This document shows positions 23,366 to 33,938 of a stretch of DNA of 61,734 nt, in pieces. A model generated the notes under the pieces. It had not been told where the DNA came from, did no database searches, and saw only the letters and a list, made by a program, of their open reading frames with translations. Location: assembly GCA_045807245.1 (NCBI GenBank), contig JBJMHS010000058.1, positions 1 through 61,734 on the forward strand. Reading direction: 5' to 3'. A program made the translations under genes and the position numbers. How positions within the stretch are numbered: position 1 is the stretch's first letter; every line of letters starts with the position of its first letter. Source of the stretch: Actinomycetales bacterium (GTDB lineage: Bacteria; Actinomycetota; Actinomycetes; Actinomycetales; CAVURS01).

Positions 23366-24646
23366 GTGGAGGAGAGCGTGGACCTGAGGTCGGCGGTCCT
23401 GGAGACCTGCTCCCGGGCACAGGTCGCTGCCCGGACCCTGGCCCAGCTCACCCGGGCCGAGAAGGATGAGGCGTTGGTCGCGCTCGCGGACGCTCTGCGC
23501 GCGCGGTCGGCCGAGGTGGTCGCGGCCAACGAGACCGATCTCCGCAACGGTGCCGACTCAGGTCTGTCGCAGTCTCTGCTCGACCGGCTCCGGCTGGACG
23601 GGCCGCGAGTCGGGCAGGTCGCGGACGCGTTGGCCGAGCTGGTAGCGCTGCCTGACCCGGTCGGCGAGGTGGTCCGCGGCTCGACCCTTCCGAACGGTCT
23701 GGAGGTGCGGCAGGTCCGGGTGCCGATGGGCGTCGTGGCCATGGTCTACGAGGCCCGGCCCAACGTCACCGTGGACGCCGCCGGGCTCGCCCTCAAGAGC
23801 GGCAACGCGGTGGTGCTGCGCGGTGGGTCGGCCGCGGCCGAGACGAACCGGACGCTGGTCGGCGTCCTGCGCGACGCCTTGGCCGAGCGCGGGCTGCCGG
23901 CCGACGCGGTGTGCCTGCTCGACGAGGGCGGGCGGGACGCCGTCAAGCATCTGATGACCGCCCGGGGCTACGTCGACGTGCTCATCCCGCGCGGTGGCGC
24001 CGAGCTGATCCGCACCGTGGTCGACGGATCCACCGTCCCGGTCATCGAGACGGGCATCGGCAACTGCCATGTGTACGTCGACGCCTCGGCCGACCTCGAC
24101 AAGGCGCTCGCCATCGCGGTCAACTCCAAGGTGCACCGGGTCAGCGTGTGCAACGCGGCCGAGACGCTGCTGGTGCACACGGCCGTCGCGGACCGGTTCC
24201 TCCCCGCCGTACTCGCCTCCCTCCGGGATGCGGGCGTGACCGCGCACGTCGCCACGGACGTCACGCCGTACGCCGAGTCGGCCGGGATCGCGCATCAGCC
24301 GGCCACCGACGATGACTGGGCGCGCGAGTACCTGTCGCTGGACCTGGCGGTCAAGGTCGTCGGCTCGATCGACGAGGCCATCGACCACGTACGCCGCTGG
24401 GGCAGCGGCCACACCGAAGCCATCGTCACCGAGAGCCAGTCGTCCGCCCGGCGCTGGGTGGCCGAGGTCGATGCAGCCGCCGTGATGGTCAACGCGTCGA
24501 CCCGGTTCACCGACGGTGGCGAGTTCGGGTTCGGCGCCGAGATCGGCATCTCGACGCAGAAGCTGCACGCCCGGGGACCGATGGCCCTGCCCGAGCTCAC
24601 GACGACGAAATGGGTCGTGACCGGCGACGGCCAGGTCCGCGCCTAG
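23366..24646 (+). CDS. proA: Glutamate-5-semialdehyde dehydrogenase
   Basis: [16 protein letters not shown] and [14 protein letters not shown] motifs. Confidence 0.97.
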   Translation: MEESVDLRSAVLETCSRAQVAARTLAQLTRAEKDEALVALADALRARSAEVVAANETDLRNGADSGLSQSLLDRLRLDGPRVGQVADALAELVALPDPVGEVVRGSTLPNGLEVRQVRVPMGVVAMVYEARPNVTVDAAGLALKSGNAVVLRGGSAAAETNRTLVGVLRDALAERGLPADAVCLLDEGGRDAVKHLMTARGYVDVLIPRGGAELIRTVVDGSTVPVIETGIGNCHVYVDASADLDKALAIAVNSKVHRVSVCNAAETLLVHTAVADRFLPAVLASLRDAGVTAHVATDVTPYAESAGIAHQPATDDDWAREYLSLDLAVKVVGSIDEAIDHVRRWGSGHTEAIVTESQSSARRWVAEVDAAAVMVNASTRFTDGGEFGFGAEIGISTQKLHARGPMALPELTTTKWVVTGDGQVRA

Positions 24647-24676
24647 CGCGCGGCCCCTCGTGCCACACTGTGCGCC

Positions 24677-24847
24677 ATGATCCAGTCCTTGGCGCTGCAC
24701 GCTGCTGCCGCTCCCAGCCTCGCGGCCGAGGAGGCCAAGCGACACCTGCCGATGCCGGCCTGGGGCTTCGCGCTGCTTGCTCTCGGGGTCTTCGCGCTGC
24801 TGCTGGCCATCACCTGGGCGTTCCGCAGCTCCGGCACCAAGCACTGA
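24677..24847 (+). CDS. Small single-TM protein (56 aa, not in ORF track)
   Basis: MIQSLALHAAAAPSLAAEEAKRHLPMPAWGFALLALGVFALLLAITWAFRSSGTKH; CACACT -10 lies 7 nt upstream. Confidence 0.7.
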   Translation: MIQSLALHAAAAPSLAAEEAKRHLPMPAWGFALLALGVFALLLAITWAFRSSGTKH

Positions 24848-24889
24848 GCCGGCCGACTCGACCACGGCCGGCCTGAGGCTGAGGCTGCA

Positions 24890-25486
24890 GTGACGAACAG
24901 GCGCCGCCGGGTCGGCGTCATGGGCGGCACGTTCGACCCGATCCACCACGGCCACCTGGTGGCCGCGAGCGAGGTGCAGACGGTCTTCGACCTGGACGAG
25001 GTCATCTTCGTCCCGACCGGGCAGCCCTGGCAGAAGGCCACTCGCCGGGTCTCGCCGGCCGAGCACCGGTACCTCATGACGGTGGTTGCGACGGCCTCGA
25101 ACCCGCGTTTCACGGTGAGCCGGGTCGACATCGACCGGCCGGGGGAGACGTACACCGTCGACACGCTCCGCGACCTGCATGCGGCGAACCCCGACGCGGA
25201 GCTGTACTTCATCACGGGTGCTGACGCCCTGGCTCAGATCCTGTCCTGGAAGGACAACGACGAGCTGTGGGATCTGGCCCACTTCGTGGCTGTCACCCGG
25301 CCTGGGCATCAGCTGACCGGTTCCGGACTGCCGCGCGACCGGGTCAGCCTGCTGGAGGTGCCGGCGATGGCCATCTCCTCGACCGACTGCCGGCGGCGCG
25401 TGGCCGACGAGCAGCCCGTCTGGTACCTCGTGCCCGACGGAGTTGTCCAGTACATCGCGAAACACCGGCTTTACCGCGAGGTCTAA
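24890..25486 (+). CDS. nadD: Nicotinate-nucleotide adenylyltransferase
   Basis: [17 protein letters not shown] and ISST motifs. Confidence 0.97.
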   Translation: MTNRRRRVGVMGGTFDPIHHGHLVAASEVQTVFDLDEVIFVPTGQPWQKATRRVSPAEHRYLMTVVATASNPRFTVSRVDIDRPGETYTVDTLRDLHAANPDAELYFITGADALAQILSWKDNDELWDLAHFVAVTRPGHQLTGSGLPRDRVSLLEVPAMAISSTDCRRRVADEQPVWYLVPDGVVQYIAKHRLYREV

Positions 25487-25503
25487 CGTGCCGATGGGGG
25501 AGC

Positions 25504-27078
25504 GTGGACCTGGTAGACGACGTTAGCCCGAACGGGGTTGAGCCGACCCCGAACGGAGTCGACTGGGGTTCACTCATCTGGCCGGGCGGTAGGCCATCCG
25601 GGGACCTGCAGGTCCAGGCCGACCGGGCCGCTGCCGCCGCCGCCGTCGCCGCCCGGGCGCACTCCGAGTCCGGTGCCGTCGCCCTGGCCGAGCGGCCCGT
25701 CATGGTGCGCGCCTACCCCGAGGGCGAACCGGTCGCCGAGCCCGAGTTCGAGCCCTGGAACCCCGAAGCGACCTACGACTCGCTGGTCCGTATCCTCACC
25801 CAGCTCAAGGCCATCGGTCCCGACGACGTCGCAGTCCTGCCGCCGCGCCGACGGCTCCTGCGTGGCGTGCGGGTCAACGGCGGCGTTGTCGCCGGTGTGC
25901 TCGTGGCCGCCGTCGCCATCGGCGGCACCGGCACGCTCGTGGCTCGGCACGGTCACGGCACCGGTAAGGCGCCCGTCGCCGCAGCGCCGCACACCACGAC
26001 GACGCTCGTCGCGATCGAGTCGAACAACACGCTCGAGGGCGCGATGCTGCTCGCCCGGACCGGCTCCAAGACCCAGGAGATCCTCATCCCGAGCCGGCTG
26101 CTGGTGGACGTGCCGAGCCAGGGCAGTGCGCCGCTGTCCCAAGCGCCGATCTCGGGCGCGGACGCAGCCGCTGACGCGGTCTCGAACGCCCTGCACCTCC
26201 GCATCGACGGCACGTGGGTGCTCGACCCCGCGTCCCTCGCGGCCCTGGTCGACGCCGAGGGCGGTGTCGACGTCACCCTGAGCGATGACGTGCTGCCGGC
26301 CGACGGCTCGGTGTCCCTGAGCTTCGGTGCGGGCGTCTCGCATCTCGATGGCGCGCAGGCCGGTCAGCTCGCGCTCGCGATCGGCGCGCAAGAGCCCGAG
26401 GCGAGCCGGCTGGCCCGCCAGCAGATCCTCCTCGAGGCCATGTTCGCGAAGCTCCCCGCCGGCCGGTCCCTGCTGACGACCCTGCTGCAGACCGCGAACG
26501 TCAACGGTCAGACCCCGGCTGCCCTCGCGGGGCTCCTCGCCGGTGTCCGGTCCGACATCCAGTCCGAGCGGTCCTCCTCCATCGTCGTACCGACCACCGA
26601 GATCGACAGCGGGTCGGGCACCCCGTCGTACGGGCTGGACGACAAGGCCACCGAGACGATGGTGGACGAGCGACTCTCCGGCGCCGAGTTCGCGACGCCT
26701 GTCGGCGGCCGGGCCCGGATCCTGGTGCAGAACGGCATCGGTACGCCGGGTCTCGGCGACATCGCGCGCAGCGAGCTGGTGCCGCGCGGCTACGTCTTCC
26801 GCAGTGGCGGGAACGCGGCGGCCTTCGGGGCCGGGCCGTCCGTCGTCCTGATCCCGGACAGCTCGACCGAGAGCCGGACGCTGGGCTCCGCCATCGCGCA
26901 CATCTTGGGCGTTCCGGCCACCGCCGTGCAGCTCGACCTCAACCAGACGACGATCGCGGACGCCGTCGTCATCCTCGGCTCCGACTTCAAGGCGCCGGCC
27001 CAGGCTGCTGTCCAGTCCGCTGTTCAGCCCGCTGCCCAGCCGGCTGTCCGGTCCGGTCAGGCGACGTCAGCACCCTGA
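25504..27078 (+). CDS. Membrane protein with LCP-like and LytR C-terminal domains
   Basis: TM helix, LAALVDAEGGVDV, RLARQQ, ILVQNGIGTPGLG and VVILGSDF; start uncertain. Confidence 0.72.
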   Translation: MDLVDDVSPNGVEPTPNGVDWGSLIWPGGRPSGDLQVQADRAAAAAAVAARAHSESGAVALAERPVMVRAYPEGEPVAEPEFEPWNPEATYDSLVRILTQLKAIGPDDVAVLPPRRRLLRGVRVNGGVVAGVLVAAVAIGGTGTLVARHGHGTGKAPVAAAPHTTTTLVAIESNNTLEGAMLLARTGSKTQEILIPSRLLVDVPSQGSAPLSQAPISGADAAADAVSNALHLRIDGTWVLDPASLAALVDAEGGVDVTLSDDVLPADGSVSLSFGAGVSHLDGAQAGQLALAIGAQEPEASRLARQQILLEAMFAKLPAGRSLLTTLLQTANVNGQTPAALAGLLAGVRSDIQSERSSSIVVPTTEIDSGSGTPSYGLDDKATETMVDERLSGAEFATPVGGRARILVQNGIGTPGLGDIARSELVPRGYVFRSGGNAAAFGAGPSVVLIPDSSTESRTLGSAIAHILGVPATAVQLDLNQTTIADAVVILGSDFKAPAQAAVQSAVQPAAQPAVRSGQATSAP

Positions 27079-27103
27079 CAGGAGCCGTGAGAGGCTAGCG
27101 GTT

Positions 27104-27472
27104 GTGTCTGCGTCCGACCGCGCGATCGAGCTCGCCAACGCTGCCGCCGAGGCGGCGGAGGACAAGCTCGCGACCGATGTGGTCGCGCTGGACGTCAGCG
27201 AGCAGCTCGTCATCACTGATGTGTTCCTGCTCGCCTCCGCGCCGAACGACCGCCAGGTGAAGGCGATCGTGGACGCGATCGAGGAGGCGCTGCTGCCCCT
27301 CGGGGCGAAGCCGGTACGGCGTGAGGGCACGCGGGAGGGCCGCTGGGTGCTGCTGGACTACGTCGACGTCGTCGTCCACGTGCAGCACTCGGAGGAGCGG
27401 GAGTACTACTCGCTCGAGCGGCTCTGGCGTGACTGCCCAGCCCTGCCGCTGCCGCTCGCCAAGACGTCGTGA
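27104..27472 (+). CDS. rsfS: Ribosome silencing factor
   Basis: RQVKAIVD, WVLLDY and YYSLERLW motifs. Confidence 0.95.
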   Translation: MSASDRAIELANAAAEAAEDKLATDVVALDVSEQLVITDVFLLASAPNDRQVKAIVDAIEEALLPLGAKPVRREGTREGRWVLLDYVDVVVHVQHSEEREYYSLERLWRDCPALPLPLAKTS

Positions 27473-28074
27473 CCCGCATCGTCGTCGTCCGGCACGGTCG
27501 GACGGCGTACAACCACGAGGACCGCTGGCAGGGGCAGCTCGACGTACCGCTCGACGACGTCGGCCGGCACCAGGCCGCGCTCATGGCCCCGCAGGTCGGC
27601 TCGCTCGACCCCGTCGCCATCGTGTCGAGCGACCTGTCCCGGGCCACCGAGACGGCGCTCGCCATTGCCGCGACGACCGGCGTCCCGGTCAGCGAGGACA
27701 AACGGCTGCGCGAGATCAACGCGGGTCAATGGCAGGGGCTGACGGGGCCTGAGGTGCGGGCTCGTTTCCCCGGCGAGACCGAGCGGATCCGGGCCGGTGA
27801 GGACGTCCGGCGTGGCGTGGACGGCGAGACGTGGAGCGAGCTGGGCGAGCGGGTCGCGGCGGCGTTGGGCGACTTCGCGTCCGGTCTGCCGGCTCATGGA
27901 GTCGGGGTCGCCGTCACCCACGGCGCGGCAGCGCGGGCCGGGATCGGGGTGCTGCTCGGGCTGCCGTTCGAGCACTGGCGCGTTCTCGGCGGCCTGGGCA
28001 ACTGTGCCTGGGCCGTTCTGGAGCGGCAGTCCTTCGGCTGGCGCCTGGGTGGCTGGAACCTGGTCGCGATGTAG
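27469..28074 (+). CDS. Histidine phosphatase family protein
   Basis: RHG, SSDLSRA, LREINAGQWQG and THG motifs. Confidence 0.9.
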   Translation: MTRIVVVRHGRTAYNHEDRWQGQLDVPLDDVGRHQAALMAPQVGSLDPVAIVSSDLSRATETALAIAATTGVPVSEDKRLREINAGQWQGLTGPEVRARFPGETERIRAGEDVRRGVDGETWSELGERVAAALGDFASGLPAHGVGVAVTHGAAARAGIGVLLGLPFEHWRVLGGLGNCAWAVLERQSFGWRLGGWNLVAM

Positions 28075-28155
28075 CTCGATCGGCGGCGCGTCGGGCTTGC
28101 GGTTCGGGCGATTCGGCCGCCGGGTCGGCGCTCCGTTAGACTCGGCGAGCACTTC

Positions 28156-28228
28156 GGGGCTGTGGCGCAGCTGGTAGCGCACCTCCATGGCATGGAGGGG
28201 GTCAGGGGTTCGAGTCCCCTCAGCTCCA
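28156..28228 (+). tRNA. tRNA-Ala(GGC), CCA not encoded
   Basis: GGGGCTG/CAGCTCC acceptor stem with G3:U70, CCTCC-ATGGCAT-GGAGG anticodon arm, TTCGAGT T-loop. Confidence 0.97.
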
Positions 28229-28247
28229 CTCAGTGGCGTCCCGGGCC

Positions 28248-28628
28248 TCAGGCCGGTTGGAAGACGGCGATCGTGTTGCCGTCCGGGTCCTTGAACCACG
28301 CTCCGCGGCCGACCGGCGTTGTCGCGACATGGTTGACGGTCTTGAACGTGGGCGTGTCGTACTCGTCGAAGTCGACGCCGCGTTGGGCGAGCGCCGCGAC
28401 GTCCCCTTCGATGTCCGTGCTCCAGAACCGAACCTGGGTGTGGTCGGCCAGGTTGCCGCTCACCCGGCCATAGACCAGCAGCGTGGCCCCGTCGGCTGCT
28501 TCGAACAGCAGATGGTTCGGCACGGTCTCGGTCGAGAGGGTCAGCCCCACCTTGTCCTCGTAGAAGCGCCGGCTCGCGTCGAGGTCGCTCGACACGAGTA
28601 CGGCGGACATCCGGTTGCCTCTCAACAT
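28248..28628 (-). CDS. VOC/glyoxalase family protein
   Basis: DLDASRRFYEDKVGL...AWFKDPDGN. Confidence 0.9.
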   Translation of the reverse strand: MLRGNRMSAVLVSSDLDASRRFYEDKVGLTLSTETVPNHLLFEAADGATLLVYGRVSGNLADHTQVRFWSTDIEGDVAALAQRGVDFDEYDTPTFKTVNHVATTPVGRGAWFKDPDGNTIAVFQPA

Positions 28629-28692
28629 CGGGACCCTCCGTCGTGTAGTATCTGATTTACTTCAGCAAGAAAATAGTCTCACGAGGAAGCAC

Positions 28693-29172
28693 ATGTCAAG
28701 GACGAGTCCCGACGGGTACCTCACCGAGGCCGAGTTCCGCGCGTGGGGGGGCAGTCTGCTGTTCGTCACCAGGACGACTCGCGCCCTCGATGAGGCTCTG
28801 ACCGATGCGCACGGCATCTCGGTGAAGGAGTTCGACGTCCTCATCACCCTCTTCAACGCCCCAGATGGCCGGTTACGGATGAGCGAGCTCGCGGACCGCG
28901 TTGTGCTGTCCGCGAGCGGCGTCACGCAGCTCGTGACTCGGCTCGAGCGCGACGGGCTCGTGCAGCGGATCGTGGACGAGAGCGACCGTCGGAGCTTCTT
29001 CGCCACGCTCACAGCGGCGGGCCATCAACGACTGCGTGATTCGCGGCCCACGCACAACGCGGTCATCCGTGAGCACCTCACTGACCGGCTGTCGGCCACC
29101 CATATGAAGACCATGGGCGCCCTCTGGGAGACCGTCCTGGGCGACTTCTCCAGTCCGCCTCAAGGAGCTTGA
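28693..29172 (+). CDS. MarR family regulator
   Basis: LRMSELAD...VTRLERDGLVQR...DRR winged HTH; divergent from the VOC gene across an AT-rich gap. Confidence 0.9.
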   Translation: MSRTSPDGYLTEAEFRAWGGSLLFVTRTTRALDEALTDAHGISVKEFDVLITLFNAPDGRLRMSELADRVVLSASGVTQLVTRLERDGLVQRIVDESDRRSFFATLTAAGHQRLRDSRPTHNAVIREHLTDRLSATHMKTMGALWETVLGDFSSPPQGA

Positions 29173-29342
29173 CCGGTCGATTGGCCGGCACGTGGCTGCG
29201 TCGTCAGCGTGTTCGCGTCCGCCGTGGCGAGCTGCCTGACCGACTCGAACTTCTACCTGGCCGTCGCCTGTTGAGCGCAACGCCAACGATTCCGCCCATT
29301 GGCCACTGAAGTCCTCTTATGCTGGTCCCACAGGGGGGACGC

Positions 29343-30146
29343 ATGGAGCGCAGGGGGTTCTTGGGTCGGCTGGCGCTGCTGGCGGGTGCGACGGCGGTAT
29401 CCGGTTTCGCGGTCGGCAGTGTCGAGGATGACCACCGGTCTGCCGACGTCAGCCGCTGGCGATCATCGGTCGGCGCGCAGATGTCGACCGACACGCTGCC
29501 GATCCGCTGGTCCGCGCCGGTCTCGGTGGGGCGGCAGGTCGCGCTGACGTTCGACGACGGACCGACCGAGCTGTTCACGCCAGGTCTCCTCGACGCCTTG
29601 GACCGGCACGGGATCCGGGCCACGTTCTTCATGATCGGTGCCCTCGTCGAGCGGCATCCCGACGTCGTTCGTCGCGTTGTCGCCGCCGGGCACGAGATCG
29701 GCAACCACACCTATGACCACATCAGCGCCGCGGTCCAGACGGCGGAGCAGGTGCGCGACGGCGTCCTGCGCGGCTCCGACAGCATTGAGCGCGTCACCGG
29801 CACGAGGCCGAGGTGGCTGCGTCCACCGCGCGGCGAGATCACGACGGCCACCTTGGTCGCGGCGCGAGACGCCGCCCTGGAGGTCGCGCTGTGGTCGGCC
29901 AACAGAGGCAACGCCGCCGACGACGACAGCGCCGCCGTGGGGCGACACCTGGCCAGCTCGTTGCGGCCCGGCAGTGTCGTCGGGCTGCACGACGGCATCG
30001 GCCGCTCGTCGTGGGTCGGCCATCCGGACCGGCAGCTGATCACGCGACGACGGGCCGAGCTCGACGCCCTGCCGAACGCCCTCGAGTCCTGGCTGGCCGC
30101 CGGCTACCGGTTCCAGACCCTCAGTGAGCTGATCCCGAGCCCTTAA
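29343..30146 (+). CDS. Tat-exported polysaccharide deacetylase (CE4)
   Basis: ERRGFL twin-arginine signal; TFDDGP, HTYDH, RPPRG and LHDG motifs. Confidence 0.88.
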   Translation: MERRGFLGRLALLAGATAVSGFAVGSVEDDHRSADVSRWRSSVGAQMSTDTLPIRWSAPVSVGRQVALTFDDGPTELFTPGLLDALDRHGIRATFFMIGALVERHPDVVRRVVAAGHEIGNHTYDHISAAVQTAEQVRDGVLRGSDSIERVTGTRPRWLRPPRGEITTATLVAARDAALEVALWSANRGNAADDDSAAVGRHLASSLRPGSVVGLHDGIGRSSWVGHPDRQLITRRRAELDALPNALESWLAAGYRFQTLSELIPSP

Positions 30147-30222
30147 CCCGGACGGACATGCACAACCGGCCCTTTCGGGCCCTGAGCGTCCCGATGTGGC
30201 CGCTGTGCCGGTCCGTGGGGCC

Positions 30223-30253
30223 GGCTCAACCTCGCGCGGTCCGGAACCGATAG
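30223..30253 (+). promoter_or_regulatory. Putative sigma28/WhiG-family promoter
   Basis: GGCTCAA-N16-ACCGATAG, 7 nt before GTG 30261. Confidence 0.6.
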
Positions 30254-30260
30254 ACAGTGG

Positions 30261-31400
30261 GTGCACCGTGAGCCGGATGAGCTGGATCATGCCCTGGCGC
30301 CGATCCTCCCTGCCGTCTGCGGCTCGGTCGCCCTGCTCGACGCCACCTGGACAGCCCTCGACCTGATCACGCTCAGTGGCAGGGCCCGGCCCTGGCTGGC
30401 TGCGGCCTGCGGCCTGACGGCCGTTCTGCTGGCCGTCCTCGCTCTCCTGGTGAGCCGCCACGTCGTCGGCAAGGAGTGGGCCGGTCCGGTCGCCTCCTTC
30501 GTCACCTTGTCCACCGGCCTCAACGGCGCCGGCGTACTGGCAGCCACAGGCCAGCCGGTCTACGCCGGCTGGGTCATCCTGGCGGCCGTGGCCGCGGGAG
30601 TGCTGGTGTTGCCGCGCCGCTGGTACCTGGGCACCTTGCTGGCCTTGTGGCTGGCCTGGTGCGGCGGGTCGTACGCAGCCATCCAGCTCGGTGCGTCCGC
30701 CGACCCGGACACAGCTGTCTACACCCAGCTCGCCGTCCTGGCCCTGGCCGCGACCATCGTGTCGGTCCTGCTGCATCACTGGCGTACCCGCTCGCTCATC
30801 GAGCTCGCCGGCGCCCGCGAGCAGGCCGCACAGGCCGAGGTGCGCGACGCGCTGACCGGTGTAGCGAACATCGCCGGGCTGACCCTCCTGGGCGGTCAGG
30901 TCCTGGAGTCGGCCAAGCGGCACGGCGACGCCGTCCACTGCATCGTCATCGACATCGACGGACTCGGCATCGTGAACCAGGCCCTCGGCCGGCTCGTCGG
31001 TGACGACGTCCTCACCGGCGTCGCGGACTCGCTCATCGGAGCCACCCGAGCCGGCGACGTGGTCGCTCGGTGGGGCGGCGACGAGTTCGTCGTCGTCGGC
31101 GCGGGCGCCGGTCCGTCCGCCCTCGAGGTCGAGCGGCGCGTGCGAGCGGGCCTGGTCGAGTCGCCACCCGCGGCGCCGACGGTCTGGCCCGGTCGGGTCA
31201 GCGCCGGACGGGCGGTCAAGGAGCCGTGGGACGACGACGACCTGCAGTCCCTGCTGGACCGGGCTCATCGCGAGATGCTGCTGCGCCGGGCCCTGCGCCG
31301 GGAGGCGGCCAGCTCGCCGTACCGTCCGGACGCTCTCGACCGCAGCGAGCAGCCGCCGGCCCAGCGGCACCGCGGCGGCAGCTCAGCGCAGCCCTGGTGA
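30261..31400 (+). CDS. Multi-TM GGDEF domain protein
   Basis: Several TM helices, DALTG, RAGD I-site and GGDEF. Confidence 0.88.
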   Translation: MHREPDELDHALAPILPAVCGSVALLDATWTALDLITLSGRARPWLAAACGLTAVLLAVLALLVSRHVVGKEWAGPVASFVTLSTGLNGAGVLAATGQPVYAGWVILAAVAAGVLVLPRRWYLGTLLALWLAWCGGSYAAIQLGASADPDTAVYTQLAVLALAATIVSVLLHHWRTRSLIELAGAREQAAQAEVRDALTGVANIAGLTLLGGQVLESAKRHGDAVHCIVIDIDGLGIVNQALGRLVGDDVLTGVADSLIGATRAGDVVARWGGDEFVVVGAGAGPSALEVERRVRAGLVESPPAAPTVWPGRVSAGRAVKEPWDDDDLQSLLDRAHREMLLRRALRREAASSPYRPDALDRSEQPPAQRHRGGSSAQPW

Positions 31401-31472
31401 CATCGGCGCGCGGCTCGGCCGGCGGTTAACCGAGCGAAGGCCGAAGCCGTCGGCAGATACCATTTGCGCCTG

Positions 31473-33932
31473 ATGACCGAGACCTACGATCCCCGAAACC
31501 TGCAGGAACGCTGGCGCCCCGTCTGGGACGAGCTCGACCCGTTCCGCGCCGACGACGACGGCTCGCGCGAGCGCCGCTACGTCGTCGACATGTTCCCGTA
31601 CCCCTCGGGCGACCTGCACATGGGCCACGCGGAGGCGTTCGCCATCGGCGACGTCGTGGCGCGGTACTGGTTCCAGCTGGGATACGACGTCCTGCACCCG
31701 GTCGGCTGGGACTCCTTCGGGCTGCCGGCCGAGAACGCCGCCATCAAGCGCAACGCGCACCCGGCCGACTGGACCTACGCCAACATCGAGACCCAGGCCG
31801 AGTCGTTCCGCCGGTACGCGATCTCCTTTGACTGGTCGACCCGGCTGCAGACGTCGGACCCGGAGTACTACCGCTGGACCCAGTGGCTGTTCCTGAAGTT
31901 CTACGAGCGCGGGCTGGCCTACCGGAAGGCGTCGCCGGTCAACTGGTGCCCGAAGGACCAGACGGTCCTGGCGAACGAGCAGGTCATCGCCGGACACTGC
32001 GAGCGGTGCGGGACCGCGGTGGTCAAGAAGACGCTGACCCAGTGGTTCTTCAAGATCACCGAGTACGCCGAGCGGCTGCTCGACGACATGGACGCGCTGG
32101 AGGGCAAGTGGCCTGAGCGCGTGCTGACCATGCAGCGCAACTGGATCGGCCGGTCGACCGGGGCCGACGTGCACTTCGCGGTCGAGGGGCGCGACGAACC
32201 CGTGACGGTGTACACGACCCGGCCGGACACGTTGTTCGGTGCGACGTTCTTCGTCGTCGCGGCCGACTCCGAGCTGGCCGCCGAGCTGGCCGCGGGTACG
32301 GCGTCCGAGGCCGAGTTCGCGGCGTACAGGGACGAGGTGGGGCGCGCGAGCGAGATCGAGCGGCTGGCCACCGACCGGCCCAAGACCGGGGTCTTCCTGC
32401 AGCGCTACGCGGTCAACCCGGTCAACGGTCAGCGCATCCCGATCTACGCCGCCGACTACGTCCTCGCCGACTACGGCCACGGCGCGATCATGGCTGTGCC
32501 GGCGCAGGACCAGCGCGACTGGGACTTCGCCAAGGCGTTCGACCTGCCGATCGTGAGAACGGTTGAGCCGCCTGCGGATTGGGACGGTGAGGCCTTCACC
32601 GGCGATGGCCCGGCGATCAACTCGGCGAACGAAGAGGTGAGCCTGGACGGGTTGCCGGTGGATCAGGCGAAGGCCCAGATCATCGACTGGCTGGCCGGCA
32701 AGGGCCTGGGCGAGCCGACCACGACGTACCGGTTGCGGGACTGGCTCCTGTCGCGCCAGCGGTTCTGGGGCTGCCCGATCCCGATCGTGCACTGCGAGGT
32801 CCACGGCGAGGTGCTCGTTCCCGAGGACCAGCTGCCCGTGCTCCTGCCCGACCTGCGCGGCCAGGACCTGAAGCCCCGGGGAGTCTCGCCTCTGGCGGCC
32901 GCGGAGGACTGGGTGAACACGACCTGTCCGAAGTGCGGTGGGCCGGCCAAGCGCGACACGGACACGATGGACACGTTCGTCGACTCCTCCTGGTACTTCC
33001 TGCGGTACTGCTCGCCGGGCTACCTGGACGGGCCGTTCGACCCGAAGGCCGTCGCCCGCTGGATGCCGGTCGACCAGTACGTCGGCGGTGTCGAGCACGC
33101 GATCCTGCATCTGCTGTACGCCCGGTTCTTCGTCAAAGTGCTGCACGACATGGGCCTGCTCGACGCCACGGAACCTTTTGCGCGCCTGCTGAACCAGGGC
33201 CAGGTCATCAACCAGGGCAAGTCGATGAGCAAGACGCTGGGCAACGGCGTCGACCTGGGGGAGCAGATCGACTCGTACGGCGTGGACGCGGTGCGGCTGA
33301 CGATGGTCTTCGCCGGCCCGCCCGAGGACGACATCGACTGGGCCGACGTCTCCCCTGACGGGGCGCGCAAGTTCCTGGCCCGCGCCTGGCGGCTGGCGGG
33401 CGATGTCACGTCGCCGGTCGGCGCCGCCGCGGTGGATGGCGACGAGGAGCTGCGCAGGCAGACGCACCGCACCGTGCGCGATGCCGGCCAGCTGCTGGAC
33501 GCGCACAAGTTCAACGTCATGGTCGCGCGGCTGATGGAGCTGGTGAACGCCACCCGCAAGGTCGTGGACTCCGGTGCGGGCCCTGCGGATCCAGCAGTTC
33601 GGGAGGCGGTCGAAGCGACGGCGATCGTGTTGAGCCTGGTCGCGCCGTACACCGCCGAGGACATGTGGGCGCAGCTAGGACACGAGCCGACAGTGGCTCG
33701 CGCGGGGTGGCCGAAGGTCGACGAGTCACTGCTCGTGCAGGAGTCGGTGACGTGCATCGTGCAGGTAGCAGGCAAGGTGCGGGACCGCCTCGAGGTGTCG
33801 CCGGACGTCAGTCAGGACGAGCTGCGGACCATGGCCCTGGCCAGTGACAAGGTGAAGGCCGCGCTGGACGGGCGCGATGTCCGGACGGTCGTGGTGCGCG
33901 CGCCGCGACTGGTCAACGTCGTACCCGCTTGA
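31473..33932 (+). CDS. leuS: Leucine--tRNA ligase
   Basis: [28 protein letters not shown] and SMSKT (KMSKS variant). Confidence 0.97.
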   Translation: MTETYDPRNLQERWRPVWDELDPFRADDDGSRERRYVVDMFPYPSGDLHMGHAEAFAIGDVVARYWFQLGYDVLHPVGWDSFGLPAENAAIKRNAHPADWTYANIETQAESFRRYAISFDWSTRLQTSDPEYYRWTQWLFLKFYERGLAYRKASPVNWCPKDQTVLANEQVIAGHCERCGTAVVKKTLTQWFFKITEYAERLLDDMDALEGKWPERVLTMQRNWIGRSTGADVHFAVEGRDEPVTVYTTRPDTLFGATFFVVAADSELAAELAAGTASEAEFAAYRDEVGRASEIERLATDRPKTGVFLQRYAVNPVNGQRIPIYAADYVLADYGHGAIMAVPAQDQRDWDFAKAFDLPIVRTVEPPADWDGEAFTGDGPAINSANEEVSLDGLPVDQAKAQIIDWLAGKGLGEPTTTYRLRDWLLSRQRFWGCPIPIVHCEVHGEVLVPEDQLPVLLPDLRGQDLKPRGVSPLAAAEDWVNTTCPKCGGPAKRDTDTMDTFVDSSWYFLRYCSPGYLDGPFDPKAVARWMPVDQYVGGVEHAILHLLYARFFVKVLHDMGLLDATEPFARLLNQGQVINQGKSMSKTLGNGVDLGEQIDSYGVDAVRLTMVFAGPPEDDIDWADVSPDGARKFLARAWRLAGDVTSPVGAAAVDGDEELRRQTHRTVRDAGQLLDAHKFNVMVARLMELVNATRKVVDSGAGPADPAVREAVEATAIVLSLVAPYTAEDMWAQLGHEPTVARAGWPKVDESLLVQESVTCIVQVAGKVRDRLEVSPDVSQDELRTMALASDKVKAALDGRDVRTVVVRAPRLVNVVPA

Positions 33933-33938
33933 GCCCAC

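Noticed and set aside
29242..29250. GTTCGAGTC on the minus strand as a tRNA T-loop or att site
   Set aside because: No flanking T-stem or cloverleaf.
28156..31470. Integrative element or prophage at tRNA-Ala
   Set aside because: No integrase and no duplicated tRNA 3' end found by eye.
31400..31473. T-box or leader upstream of leuS
   Set aside because: Gap too short and no GGTGGTACCGCG motif.
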